Shown: positions 51,066-62,782, numbered from the stretch's first letter. The stretch is 64,000 nucleotides of DNA from Escherichia coli (GCF_003334815.1 NZ_QOWO01000013.1); one strand, 5' to 3'. Made by a program: numbers and translations. The notes: generated by a model not told the origin, from the letters alone.

Positions 51066-51989
51066 TCACTTATGCCGCGCCGGACGATTTATTTTTCTGG
51101 CGCGGCGACGGGAATCCATTGAAATCAAAATCACCGATGACAGAATCAGCAGCGTTCCCAGCCAGTCCGGTAATGTGAACGTGATCCCCAGCAACAGCAA
51201 AGAGAGTAGCGCGCTACTTAATGGTTCTGCACAGCTCAAAATGCTGGCTTTTGGACCGCCAATTAATTGTGCTCCTTTCAGGTACAGACTAAATGTCAGG
51301 GACGTACCAATGACCACCAAATAAAAAAACGCCAGAATCAAACTGCCGTTAACGACAAAGTTTGTTCCTTGTCTGGCATAAAAAGGCAACAGAATCAGAC
51401 CGCCAATCAGCATACTCCAGCCGACGACTGGTAACGTGCCATAGCGGGCAATTAGCGTTGAGGGATAGGTGGTATAGAATGCAGCAGCAAATGCCGAGGC
51501 AATGCCCCAGAACAACGCGGCAGGAGAGATCGATAATGACGTCGGATTACCGTGTGTCACCAATAAAAAAGTCCCGACCAGCGATGTCAAAATAGCGCAG
51601 AAAACCAGAATGCCCGGGCGCGATTTACGCACCAGTGAGAACCAGGCGACGATAATCGTCGGTGAGAGGAATTGCAGCACCGTTGCCGTGGCTGCGTTCG
51701 ATTTTTCGATGGTTAGCAAAAAAGTGAGCTGTACAGTTAGCGCGCCAACCACGGAAAAAATCAGCAGGCTAATGGCATCTTTATGATTGTTAATAATAGA
51801 AAAGATTTTATCGCCATGAACAAATGACAGCGTCAGTAGAATCAAACCGGCGAATATCAAACGCGTCATAGTCAAAAACTGCGACGACATCTGGCTTTGC
51901 TCCATGATGTATTGCGCGCAGACCCCTGAACTTCCCCACAACACGGCGGCAATCAGAACGTTCAGCATCCCCTTTCTGGTGGAACCCAT
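51066..51989 (-). CDS. yicL: EamA/DMT-family transporter YicL
   Basis: 307-aa polytopic [34 protein letters not shown]... Confidence 0.85.
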
Positions 51990-52099
51990 TTTTCCCTCTG
52001 CATACTGTTTTGTCGTTTATGTATGCAGGCATGATAGCAAAAATGGCGAGGATGGCTCTGTTTGCGCCACGCCGATTTTTCTTAGCCCAGACTGGTGAG

Positions 52100-53284
52100 C
52101 TAAATATCTTTAATAAACAGCAGGCAAATCATCGCAATACCCAACATCCCTATCGCCAGCCAGAACAACGCATGGTAGCTCCAGATTTCAACCATAATTC
52201 CGTCAACAGAGCCGGCGATAATCCAGCCGACGCGTGAAGTATTTGCATATAACGTTGTCGCAGAGCCTATTTTTTCAGGCATCAAGTCCTGAAAATAAAG
52301 CATGCCGATACCACAGAGAATACCAAGGAAGATGGCATTAAGAATTTGCAATTCCAGCTCAACCGCCGGAGTCGTCGCCATGAGTACGCTGGCGTAAAAA
52401 CACATTCCACTCACGATAGCAATGAGCATTAATAGTCGCTTGCCAATACGTTTCATGTAATAGCCTGCGATTAACATCATCGGAATTTCCAGACCGGCAG
52501 CGATACCAATCATTTCTCCAGCCAGTTTATCGGTTAGATGCAGTTCATCAATAATAAATAGCGGCATATTTATCATGTAGAGATTATTCGCCGCCCACAT
52601 CATTGAACAGACCACAAAAAGTAGCCGCGTATCCCGCTTCCTGTGGGTGGAGGGTAAAATTTCTACGGGTTGGGTAACGACAGGAATATTTCTTTGTATT
52701 GATGGCAAAAACAACCAGACTATCAGTCCGCAAACAACAAATGCGATGGCAGCGGTGAGATACATCACTTTAAAACTAAATCCCATTGCCAGTTCATAAG
52801 CGAGCGGTGGCCCGATAACCCAGGCAAGCGAGATCTGAGCACGTAAAAATGTACTGAACATGACCGTCTCACGGCCTGTTCTGTCGGCGTGTTCACGGGC
52901 GAGGGCGAACATTTGCGGGTTTGCGGTGGAAGCAAAACTACTCAGAAGTACGCCCGTTGAGAGGAGAATGAAGTAGTTGCGATTCCACGCAAAAAGCGTG
53001 CAGGCCAGCACTCCAAATAAGCAACATAGCAGAATCAGTAATTTACGGTCGCCTTGTTTATCGGAGTGCCTTGCCAGAAATTGACTGACCAGAATTCCCA
53101 TAATAGCGCTACCGGTGAAGAAAAAACCTACCATTATAGGACGGGCTTTCAGTTCATCTGCGAGGAATATACTTAGGGTAGGAGTCTGAAGAGCGCCCGC
53201 AATACCCGTCAGAAAGGCGACAAGTAAAAATGCCGCGGCAGTGAGATCAAGTATTTTTGATGGAGTGGTAGCCGTTTTTTGCAT
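52100..53284 (-). CDS. setC: Sugar efflux transporter SetC (MFS)
   Basis: 394-aa ORF MQKTATTPSKILDLTAAAFLLVAFLTGIAGALQTPTLSIFLADELKARP... Confidence 0.85.
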   Translation of the reverse strand: MQKTATTPSKILDLTAAAFLLVAFLTGIAGALQTPTLSIFLADELKARPIMVGFFFTGSAIMGILVSQFLARHSDKQGDRKLLILLCCLFGVLACTLFAWNRNYFILLSTGVLLSSFASTANPQMFALAREHADRTGRETVMFSTFLRAQISLAWVIGPPLAYELAMGFSFKVMYLTAAIAFVVCGLIVWLFLPSIQRNIPVVTQPVEILPSTHRKRDTRLLFVVCSMMWAANNLYMINMPLFIIDELHLTDKLAGEMIGIAAGLEIPMMLIAGYYMKRIGKRLLMLIAIVSGMCFYASVLMATTPAVELELQILNAIFLGILCGIGMLYFQDLMPEKIGSATTLYANTSRVGWIIAGSVDGIMVEIWSYHALFWLAIGMLGIAMICLLFIKDI

Positions 53285-53920
53285 TCTTCTGAATCACCGG
53301 GCGAAAAAATATAACTGAGTTACAAATAAGTACCAGTCGAATGAGTATTGTATTAAGAATTTTTGAGTATCGCTGATACAACCAGAAAGCAATGCTAGCG
53401 CAATATTATAGGGCCAGCAATTGAGATTATTAGTAAAAGCATGTTAAGAATTAATTACCGAATTTATATATTAATTATAGTAAGGCAATGAGCTATTTTT
53501 GATAGTAAAAATAAAACAAGTTGATTTGATATATTAAATGAACAAATTAATCTTGATGGCAGTCTGATTATTGGTGAAGTTTATAGTCAGTTTTTTTCGC
53601 CAGCGGTTAAAGAAATAGAATAGTCGTATAAAAAAGGGTGTTCTGGGGCGAGTAAAACAACATCTTCACCTTAATGGCGATACAGTTGGCTGAGAGTCAG
53701 CAGGGGGGCAAATCACCTGCAAATAAACACGGCGCATACTGGCGTGAATATCGCGGATGCGTTCGAGGACAGAAGAACCGACAGGCGGATTCTTCAGCCG
53801 CTCATCGTCCATCACAAAACCTTAGACCAGGTATTCCTGAAGCCGATTGAATATTGAGCAGTAGAAAATATCTGGATTGACAGTATTACAAGGGGTTGGA
53901 GAACGTCAGGAGAGGCATTT

Positions 53921-54015
53921 TGGCGGAAGATCACAGGAGTCGAACCTGCCCGGGACCGCTGGCGGCCCCAACTGGATTTGAAGTCCAGCCGCCTCACCGG
54001 AGACGACGATCTTCC
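53921..54015 (-). tRNA. selC: tRNA-Sec (selenocysteine tRNA, anticodon UCA)
   Basis: Reverse complement of 53921..54015 is GGAAGATCGTCGTCTCCGGTGAGGCGGCTGGACTTCAAATCCAGTTGGGGCCGCCAGCGGTCCCGGGCAGGTTCGACTCCTGTGATCTTCCGCCA, 95 nt with the long acceptor and extra arm typical of tRNA-Sec and a 3' CCA. Confidence 0.95.
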
Positions 54016-54307
54016 GCGCCTCGATTGCTACATGGAGGCGGGGCGCATTATAGCTACTTCCTTGAGTTTCTACATCCCCCAGATCAGTTTTTTCCGCCTA
54101 ATACACGCAGCGTATTATCACGAAAGCATTATAGTTCATATAAAACCCATATTTTACAATGATATATGAGCGGAATTAACGCTACCACGATCACATAAAA
54201 CAAGAATCATAAATTAATAACCAGATATCGGAATATTCGCTCTCACAGGGATGGTTTACAAAATGCGTTATCGGTCTCAGCACCCCTATAGCATCAAGGA
54301 AAAGCAG

Positions 54308-55695
54308 ATGAAGAGTGAAGTGTTGTCCGTTAAAGAGAAAATTGGTTATGGCATGGGAGACGCCGCCAGCCACATTATTTTCGATAACGTAATGTTATAT
54401 ATGATGTTCTTTTATACCGATATTTTTGGCATTCCTGCCGGTTTTGTCGGAACCATGTTTTTGGTCGCTCGTGCACTGGATGCGATTTCCGATCCTTGCA
54501 TGGGGTTGTTGGCCGATCGAACGCGCTCTCGCTGGGGTAAATTTCGTCCGTGGGTACTGTTTGGCGCACTGCCATTCGGGATCGTCTGTGTACTGGCCTA
54601 TAGCACGCCAGATCTCAGTATGAACGGCAAAATGATCTATGCAGCAATTACTTACACCCTACTTACCTTACCTTACTTTATACCGTCGTCAATATCCCTT
54701 ACTGCGCATTGGGTGGTGTAATCACCAATGACCCGACTCAGCGTATCTCGCTGCAATCCTGGCGTTTTGTGCTGGCGACCGCGGGAGGCATGCTTTCTAC
54801 TGTTCTGATGATGCCACTGGTTAATTTAATTGGCGGTGATAATAAACCACTCGGTTTCCAGGGCGGTATCGCGGTCCTTTCCGTGGTGGCATTCATGATG
54901 CTGGCATTTTGTTTCTTCACCACTAAAGAACGCGTTGAAGCACCACCTACAACAACGTCTATGCGGGAAGATTTACGTGATATCTGGCAAAACGACCAGT
55001 GGCGGATTGTCGGTTTACTAACCATTTTCAATATCCTGGCGGTGTGCGTACGCGGTGGGGCGATGATGTATTACGTCACATGGATTTTGGGCACGCCGGA
55101 AGTGTTTGTCGCTTTTCTCACCACTTATTGCGTGGGTAACCTGATTGGTTCCGCACTGGCAAAACCTCTGACCGACTGGAAATGTAAAGTCACTATCTTC
55201 TGGTGGACGAACGCCCTGCTGGCAGTGATTAGCCTCGCGATGTTCTTTGTTCCCATGCAGGCCAGCATCACTATGTTTGTCTTCATCTTCGTGATTGGTG
55301 TGTTGCATCAACTGGTGACACCTATCCAGTGGGTAATGATGTCCGATACCGTCGACTACGGCGAGTGGTGCAATGGTAAACGCCTGACCGGGATCAGTTT
55401 TGCTGGCACGCTGTTTGTGCTCAAACTGGGGTTGGCCTTCGGCGGCGCTCTTATCGGCTGGATGCTGGCTTATGGCGGATATGATGCGGCAGAAAAAGCG
55501 CAGAACAGCGCCACGATTAGCATCATTATTGCGCTATTCACGATTGTTCCGGCGATCTGTTATTTGCTGAGCGCGATTATCGCTAAACGCTACTACTCAC
55601 TCACGACGCACAATCTGAAAACCGTTATGGAACAGCTGGCTCAGGGTAAACGCCGTTGCCAGCAACAATTCACCTCTCAAGAAGTGCAGAACTAA
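54308..55695 (+). pseudogene. yicJ: GPH-family sugar:cation symporter gene yicJ, frameshifted by an extra CTTAC unit
   Basis: The homolog is split between ORF 54251..54721 (frame 2) and ORF 54709..55695 (frame 1). Start-to-stop length from MKSEVLSVKEK is 1388 nt, which is 5 nt more than a 460-aa coding length; the frame switch falls on three tandem CTTAC units at 54662..54676. Confidence 0.75.
54662..54676 (+). repeat. Pentanucleotide tandem repeat (CTTAC)x3 inside yicJ
   Basis: cttac cttac cttac read directly from the sequence; deleting one unit restores a continuous reading ...AAITYTLLTLLYTVVNIPYCALGGVITNDPTQ... Confidence 0.85.
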
Positions 55696-55704
55696 GGAAC
55701 GGCA

Positions 55705-58023
55705 ATGAAAATTAGCGATGGAAACTGGTTGATTCAACCTGGCCTCAATTTGATTCACCCGCTTCAGGTGTTCGAGGTTGAACAGCAGGATAATGAAATG
55801 GTGGTCTATGCTGCCCCCCGTGATGTGCGTGAACGTACCTGGCAGCTTGATACGCCTTTATTTACGTTGCGCTTTTTCTCCCCACAGGAAGGTATTGTCG
55901 GTGTGCGGATTGAGCATTTTCAGGGGGCGCTGAATAACGGTCCTCATTATCCGCTCAATATTTTGCAGGACGTGAAGGTCACAATCGAAAACACAGAACG
56001 TTATGCTGAGTTTAAAAGTGGCAACTTAAGCGCGCGTGTCAGCAAAGGTGAGTTCTGGTCACTGGATTTTCTGCGCAACGGCGAACGTATTACCGGTAGT
56101 CAGGTGAAAAATAATGGCTACGTGCAGGACACGAATAATCAACGCAATTATATGTTTGAGCGGCTTGATCTTGGCGTTGGCGAAACAGTTTACGGTCTGG
56201 GAGAGCGCTTTACTGCCCTGGTGCGCAATGGCCAGACGGTAGAGACCTGGAACCGGGACGGCGGCACAAGTACTGAACAGGCGTATAAAAATATCCCGTT
56301 CTACATGACTAACCGTGGTTATGGGGTACTGGTCAATCATCCCCAGTGTGTCTCTTTTGAAGTGGGATCGGAGAAAGTCTCCAAAGTGCAGTTCAGCGTT
56401 GAGAGTGAATATCTCGAATACTTTGTTATCGACGGCCCGACGCCGAAAGCGGTACTTGATCGTTATACCCGCTTTACTGGTCGTCCGGCGCTGCCGCCCG
56501 CGTGGTCCTTCGGCCTGTGGCTAACCACTTCATTTACCACCAACTACGACGAAGCGACGGTAAACAGCTTTATCGATGGTATGGCGGAACGCAATCTGCC
56601 GCTGCATGTTTTCCACTTTGACTGTTTCTGGATGAAAGCCTTCCAGTGGTGCGATTTTGAGTGGGACCCGCTGACTTTCCCTGACCCGGAAGGGATGATC
56701 CGCCGCCTGAAAGCGAAAGGACTGAAAATCTGCGTCTGGATTAACCCCTATATCGGTCAAAAATCCCCCGTCTTTAAAGAGTTACAAGAGAAAGGCTATT
56801 TACTCAAACGCCCGGACGGTTCGCTATGGCAGTGGGATAAATGGCAGCCAGGTCTGGCGATTTATGACTTTACCAATCCGGATGCCTGCAAATGGTACGC
56901 CGACAAACTGAAAGGTCTGGTCGCGATGGGCGTTGATTGCTTTAAGACCGACTTTGGCGAACGTATCCCAACTGATGTTCAGTGGTTTGACGGTTCCGAT
57001 CCGCAGAAAATGCATAACCATTATGCGTACATCTACAACGAACTGGTGTGGAACGTGCTCAAGGACACCGTTGGTGAGGAAGAAGCTGTCTTGTTTGCCC
57101 GCTCGGCCTCCGTCGGTGCGCAGAAATTCCCGGTACACTGGGGTGGCGATTGTTACGCTAACTACGAATCAATGGCGGAAAGCCTGCGCGGTGGTTTGTC
57201 TATTGGCCTTTCAGGTTTTGGCTTCTGGAGCCACGATATCGGCGGCTTTGAAAATACCGCTCCGGCGCACGTTTACAAACGCTGGTGCGCGTTTGGTTTG
57301 CTCTCCAGCCATAGCCGTTTACACGGTAGCAAATCTTATCGTGTGCCGTGGGCCTACGATGATGAGTCCTGTGATGTGGTGCGCTTCTTCACGCAACTGA
57401 AATGCCGCATGATGCCGTATCTGTATCGTGAAGCTGCGCGTGCGAACGCGCGGGGTACGCCGATGATGCGGGCCATGATGATGGAGTTCCCGGACGATCC
57501 GGCTTGTGATTACCTTGACCGTCAATACATGTTAGGCGACAACGTGATGGTTGCGCCGGTGTTCACTGAAGCGGGCGATGTGCAGTTCTACCTGCCGGAA
57601 GGTCGCTGGACACACCTGTGGCACAACGATGAACTCGACGGTAGTCGCTGGCATAAACAGCAGCACGGCTTCCTGAGTCTGCCCGTTTATGTGCGTGATA
57701 ACACTCTACTGGCGCTGGGCAACAACGATCAACGTCCCGATTACGTGTGGCACGAAGGCACGGCATTCCACCTCTTTAATCTGCAAGACGGGCATGAAGC
57801 CGTCTGTGAAGTGCCCGCTGCTGACGGATCGGTGATCTTTACTTTAAAAGCAGCACGTACTGGCAACACGATTACTGTGACTGGTGCGGGCGAGGCGAAG
57901 AACTGGACACTGTGCCTGCGCAATGTTGTGAAAGTAAATGGTCTGCAAGACGGTTCGCAGGCTGAAAGTGAGCAGGGGCTGGTGGTGAAGCCTCAAGGGA
58001 ATGCGCTGACAATTACGTTGTAA
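55705..58023 (+). CDS. yicI: Alpha-xylosidase (glycoside hydrolase family 31)
   Basis: 772-aa [41 protein letters not shown]... with GH31 catalytic region (WINPY, KTDFGE). Confidence 0.9.
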
Positions 58024-58037
58024 TCTATTGATGGAAT

Positions 58038-58064
58038 GCCGGGTACGTCTGAGTCGTACCCGGC
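58038..58064. terminator. Inverted repeat between convergent yicI and yicH (putative terminator, no clear T-run)
   Basis: GCCGGGTACGTCTGAGTCGTACCCGGC, a 10-bp perfect stem. Confidence 0.4.
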
Positions 58065-58075
58065 GAGATTGATGT

Positions 58076-59785
58076 TTACCGCACCGGCTCCGTCGATGTA
58101 ACTTCACCGCTGGAAACGATGCCAGCATTCATGGTTTGAGTCACTTGCTGCTTTGCGGCGTTCACGGCATGCAATTGCCCGCTAACCGTAGGTTTCAACG
58201 GGACATTGGCCTGAATATCGCCACTGGCGGTAAGCTGAATATTGCCGTCGCCAGTCAACGGTAATTCAGGCCATCCCCACTGTTGCAAAATATTCACCGG
58301 CACACCGCGTCCATTCAGGCTGATATGTGTCTGACGTTGTGGCGTTTGTGAAACACTGGCGGTGGCTTCCAGAATGCCTTTTTCAGTAAATGCACTCAGT
58401 TCGCTGATATTCACCGTGCTGCTGTTGGCGGTCAGCGCCAGCGACGGGCGACGAACATCAACACGATTGAATGTCGCGGCGGCGGCATTCAGATTCGCCG
58501 AGCCACTCCAGACGCCCCATTTATGATCGGTAACCAGCGTCAGGTTGGCACCGTAACCATCGAGCGCGGTGAGCTGCCACGGGAAGTCAGGGTCGATATC
58601 AATGATCAGATTGCGGCTGGCGCTAAATCTCTTCAGTTGCAGGCTGTTTAACCAACCGGGTGTCGTTTCCATCCACAACTGTTGCCAGTTTTTCGGCAAG
58701 GTATATTCCAGCCCGGCAATTGCCGCATCATCAAGGATCAACGTTTTCCCGTCACGCAGCCAGTTCCCTGACGTTCTGACCATACCCCCTTCCCAGCGGC
58801 TGGTGAACTGGCGCAGCGCTACGCCCTGCGGGGAAAATTCCGTGTTTATAATCGGGTCAAATAAATGCAGCGAACCATAAATGAACTCGCTAGCGTTCAT
58901 CGACAGTTTGCCTTCCTGTGTCTGCCAGTCATCTTTACTGAAGGTCATGTTGCGCAAGCTGAGATCGAGGTCGGTCACCGCCCAGTCCGGACCTTGCAAA
59001 CGAGCATCGATCACTTCCAGGCGACCAATCTGCAACGACGGGACAGAGCGTAATGGCGCAAAGAAGTCGGTTAGCGATTTTTCGCTTTGTAGACGTATAT
59101 CCGCCATGCGCAGGTTTTCCACTTGCCAGCTGCCGTCGGCGTTACGCTGCGCGTTTCCGGTTAATGTCCCGCGGGCGATGTCGGCACCCAGGTTAGTCAG
59201 CGTAACGCGATCGTTATCAATACTGCCTTCAATCAGTACATTGGTGGCAGGAACATCATTGAGCGAAAGCGATCCGGCACTAAACTGAATCTGCGCCTTC
59301 GTACCCAGCACTTTACCGGCTTTTGGTGACCACGGAACTACGCCGCCATTTACCCGCTGCGCGCTCAGTTTCCATTCGCTATTCGGGCTATTAAACGCCA
59401 TATCACGCAGTTGCAGACGATCGGCTTTGAACGGTAGCGGCGCGGTCTGGTCGGTGAGATTCAGCGTCCCGTTTTCCAGCAGGATGGTATCGACATGGCG
59501 TGGTTCGGTCAGTTGCCGACTGCTTAGCGCAATGTCGACACTTTTGGCCACCAGGGTCGCGGGCTGGCCATCACGACCAAACGTGACGTTCTCCAGCACG
59601 ATATGAGATGGCGCGGAAAAACGGTGATCCATCGCCCCGAAGGCCAGATGATAGTCGCTATTCTCGGAAACCCATGCGCTGATATGTTCTGCTCCCCAGC
59701 GGGTTTGCAGAAGAAAATAGAGGCCAGCGATCGCCACTAACAGAGCGATGAGAATGTAGAGAAGCAGCTTCCCAATAAATTTCAT
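58076..59785 (-). CDS. yicH: AsmA-family protein YicH
   Basis: ORF MKFIGKLLLYILIALLVAIAGLYFLLQTRWGAEHISAWVSENSDYHL...; 569 aa from the MKFI start. Confidence 0.85.
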   Translation of the reverse strand: MKFIGKLLLYILIALLVAIAGLYFLLQTRWGAEHISAWVSENSDYHLAFGAMDHRFSAPSHIVLENVTFGRDGQPATLVAKSVDIALSSRQLTEPRHVDTILLENGTLNLTDQTAPLPFKADRLQLRDMAFNSPNSEWKLSAQRVNGGVVPWSPKAGKVLGTKAQIQFSAGSLSLNDVPATNVLIEGSIDNDRVTLTNLGADIARGTLTGNAQRNADGSWQVENLRMADIRLQSEKSLTDFFAPLRSVPSLQIGRLEVIDARLQGPDWAVTDLDLSLRNMTFSKDDWQTQEGKLSMNASEFIYGSLHLFDPIINTEFSPQGVALRQFTSRWEGGMVRTSGNWLRDGKTLILDDAAIAGLEYTLPKNWQQLWMETTPGWLNSLQLKRFSASRNLIIDIDPDFPWQLTALDGYGANLTLVTDHKWGVWSGSANLNAAAATFNRVDVRRPSLALTANSSTVNISELSAFTEKGILEATASVSQTPQRQTHISLNGRGVPVNILQQWGWPELPLTGDGNIQLTASGDIQANVPLKPTVSGQLHAVNAAKQQVTQTMNAGIVSSGEVTSTEPVR

Positions 59786-59873
59786 GGTCTTCCATCCCGT
59801 GAAATGCACATAAGGGAGTTATGCACGATTTACGCGCAATCCTCAAGGCGGGAATGGTTAAAGAGGTGAGACT

Positions 59874-59898
59874 GCGGCGGTAATTATCTTACCGCCGC
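59874..59898 (-). terminator. Putative terminator hairpin downstream of xanP
   Basis: GCGGCGGTAATTATCTTACCGCCGC, just 3' of the xanP stop. Confidence 0.4.
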
Positions 59899-59905
59899 CA
59901 GTGAA

Positions 59906-61297
59906 TTACTGTTTTTCTGGTGGGAAAATCAGATTCAGCACGATGGCAGTAATACCGCCCGCGGCGATCCCGGAGGAGAGCAGGTTTTTCAGCCATTCAG
60001 GGGCAAACTGCAAAATCAGCGGCTGCTGAGACACGCCCAGACCAACCGCCAGCGACAGCGCGATAATCAGAATCGCCCGACGGTTCAGCGGCTCACGAGA
60101 AACGATACGCACACCGGAGGCGGCGATGGTGCCAAACATTACAAGCGTTGCGCCGCCCAGAACCGGTTCTGGAATGTGTTGTACAAAACCGCTCACTGCC
60201 GGGAACAGACCCAGCACGATCAACATCAGCGCGACGACAAAACCGACATAGCGGCTGGCAACACCAGTCAACTGGATCACTCCGTTGTTTTGCCCGAAGC
60301 AGGAGTTCGGGAAGGTGTTAAACACCGCCGAAACAAACGAGTTCAGGCCGTTTGCCAGCACGCCGCCTTTCAGGCGTTTCATGTACAGCGGACCGGACAC
60401 TGGCTGTTCGGAAACGTCAGAGGTCGCCGTGATATCGCCAATGGTTTCCAGCGAAGTGATCATAAAGACCAGCATCAGCGGCAGCAGCAGACTCCATTCA
60501 ATGCCAAGACCGTAATAGAGCGGCGTTGGCACCATAATCAGTTCTTGCGTCATAGGTTCGTTGCTTTCTGGCAACATGCCCATAAACCACGCCAGCGCAT
60601 ATCCGGCCGCCATCGCAATTACCAGTGAGGCCACGCGTAAGTAAGGGTTACGTTGACGGTTAAGCAGGATAATTAAGGCTAAGACCACGCCTGCCAGCAG
60701 CAGATTTTTCGGTGCGCCGAAGGTGTTATCGCTCATGGCTGCGTAACCGCCGCCAATGGACGTTAACCCAACCTGAATTAGCGACAGGCCGATAATCATC
60801 ACCACAACGCCAGAAACCAGCGGCGTAATAATGCGGCGCGCCAGATGCAGAACGCGGGAGATCACCATCTCGGTGCAACTTGCCAGCATCAACGTGCCGA
60901 ACAAAGCCGCCATCATGGTAGGAACATCAGCACCACCGGTTTTCAGCGCGGTACCGCCCATAATCAGCGGGGCAACAAAGTTGAAGCTGGTGCCCTGAAT
61001 AGACAACAGCCCGGAGCCAACCGGACCCCAGGCCTTAATTTGAATAATCGATGCCACACCGGAGGCAAACAGCGACATACTAATAATGTGTTGCGTGTCT
61101 TGTGCCGGTAAACCCAGCGCCTGGCAGATTAATAGCGCTGGCGTGATCACCGCAACGAACATCGCCAGCAGATGCTGACAGGCGGCAAACAGGGTTTGAG
61201 GAAGCGGCGGACGATCTTCAAGACGGTAAATCAGTTCGCTGTTTTGAGTCTGCGCAACCGGTTGCGCATTTTCTGACTCGAGGGTGGAAACAGACAT
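59906..61297 (-). CDS. xanP: Xanthine permease (NCS2/NAT family), YicE
   Basis: [59 protein letters not shown]...; 463 aa. Confidence 0.9.
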
Positions 61298-61576
61298 CGA
61301 AAACAATCCCGTGGTAGCAAAGCGGGCATTTTAGCTGACCGAAAGAGAAAAGCAAACGTTTGCCACATCCTCATCTAAATATTTAAATGAGATAAATGCA
61401 CTTTTTTATATAACTTTTGGTATTTTTCTGCTTAAAATCCATGCCATTTGTTCATTAACAGCTGAGAATTTGACCCAGGAAAGCATAACTCGATACCCGT
61501 CATAGTTCATGAAGTTGCCACTGCGCGATGAAGTATGACGAGTATGAAAGAGTGATGCGGATACAAAGGAGTAACT

Positions 61577-62782
61577 ATGTTTCATCTCGATACTTTAGCA
61601 ACGCTTGTTGCCGCAACGCTGACGTTGCTGCTCGGGCGTAAGTTGGTCCATTCCGTCTCCTTTTTGAAGAAATACACCATACCGGAACCTGTTGCGGGTG
61701 GTTTGTTGGTGGCGCTGGCGCTACTAGTACTGAAAAAAAGCATGGGCTGGGAAGTCAACTTTGATATGTCCCTGCGCGATCCGTTAATGCTGGCTTTCTT
61801 CGCCACCATTGGCCTGAACGCCAACATTGCCAGTTTGCGTGCCGGTGGGCGTGTGGTTGGCATCTTCTTGATTGTGGTTGTTGGTCTGTTGGTGATGCAA
61901 AATGCCATTGGCATTGGTATGGCTAGCTTGTTAGGGCTTGATCCGCTGATGGGGCTGTTGGCCGGTTCTATTACGCTTTCCGGCGGTCACGGTACGGGCG
62001 CTGCGTGGAGTAAATTGTTCATTGAACGTTATGGCTTCACCAATGCGACGGAAGTGGCGATGGCCTGTGCAACGTTCGGTCTGGTGCTGGGCGGCTTGAT
62101 TGGCGGTCCGGTGGCGCGCTATCTGGTGAAACACTCCACCACGCCGAACGGTATTCCGGATGACCAGGAAGTCCCGACGGCGTTTGAAAAGCCGGATGTG
62201 GGACGCATGATCACCTCGTTGGTGCTGATTGAAACTATCGCGCTGATTGCTATCTGCCTGACGGTGGGGAAAATTGTTGCGCAACTTTTGGCTGGCACTG
62301 CTTTTGAACTGCCGACCTTCGTCTGTGTACTGTTTGTTGGCGTGATTCTGAGCAACGGTCTGTCAATAATGGGCTTTTACCGCGTCTTTGAGCGTGCGGT
62401 ATCCGTGCTGGGTAACGTAAGCTTGTCGTTGTTCCTGGCGATGGCGTTGATGGGGCTGAAACTGTGGGAGCTGGCTTCGCTGGCGCTGCCGATGCTGGCG
62501 ATTCTGGTGGTACAGACCATCTTCATGGCGTTGTATGCCATCTTCGTTACCTGGCGCATGATGGGCAAAAACTACGATGCGGCAGTGCTGGCTGCGGGTC
62601 ACTGTGGTTTTGGCCTCGGTGCAACGCCAACGGCAATCGCCAACATGCAGGCGATCACTGAACGCTTTGGCCCGTCGCACATGGCGTTTTTGGTGGTGCC
62701 GATGGTCGGTGCGTTCTTTATCGATATCGTCAATGCGCTGGTAATTAAGTTGTATTTGATGTTGCCGATTTTTGCCGGTTAA
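61577..62782 (+). CDS. gltS: Sodium/glutamate symporter
   Basis: 401-aa ORF MFHLDTLATLVAATLTLLLGRKLVHSVSFLKKYTIPEPVAGGLLVALALLVLKK... Confidence 0.9.
   Translation: MFHLDTLATLVAATLTLLLGRKLVHSVSFLKKYTIPEPVAGGLLVALALLVLKKSMGWEVNFDMSLRDPLMLAFFATIGLNANIASLRAGGRVVGIFLIVVVGLLVMQNAIGIGMASLLGLDPLMGLLAGSITLSGGHGTGAAWSKLFIERYGFTNATEVAMACATFGLVLGGLIGGPVARYLVKHSTTPNGIPDDQEVPTAFEKPDVGRMITSLVLIETIALIAICLTVGKIVAQLLAGTAFELPTFVCVLFVGVILSNGLSIMGFYRVFERAVSVLGNVSLSLFLAMALMGLKLWELASLALPMLAILVVQTIFMALYAIFVTWRMMGKNYDAAVLAAGHCGFGLGATPTAIANMQAITERFGPSHMAFLVVPMVGAFFIDIVNALVIKLYLMLPIFAG

Noticed and set aside
53812-53997. 61-codon ORF overlapping selC
   Set aside because: It overlaps the tRNA-Sec gene on the same strand and is most likely a chance ORF.
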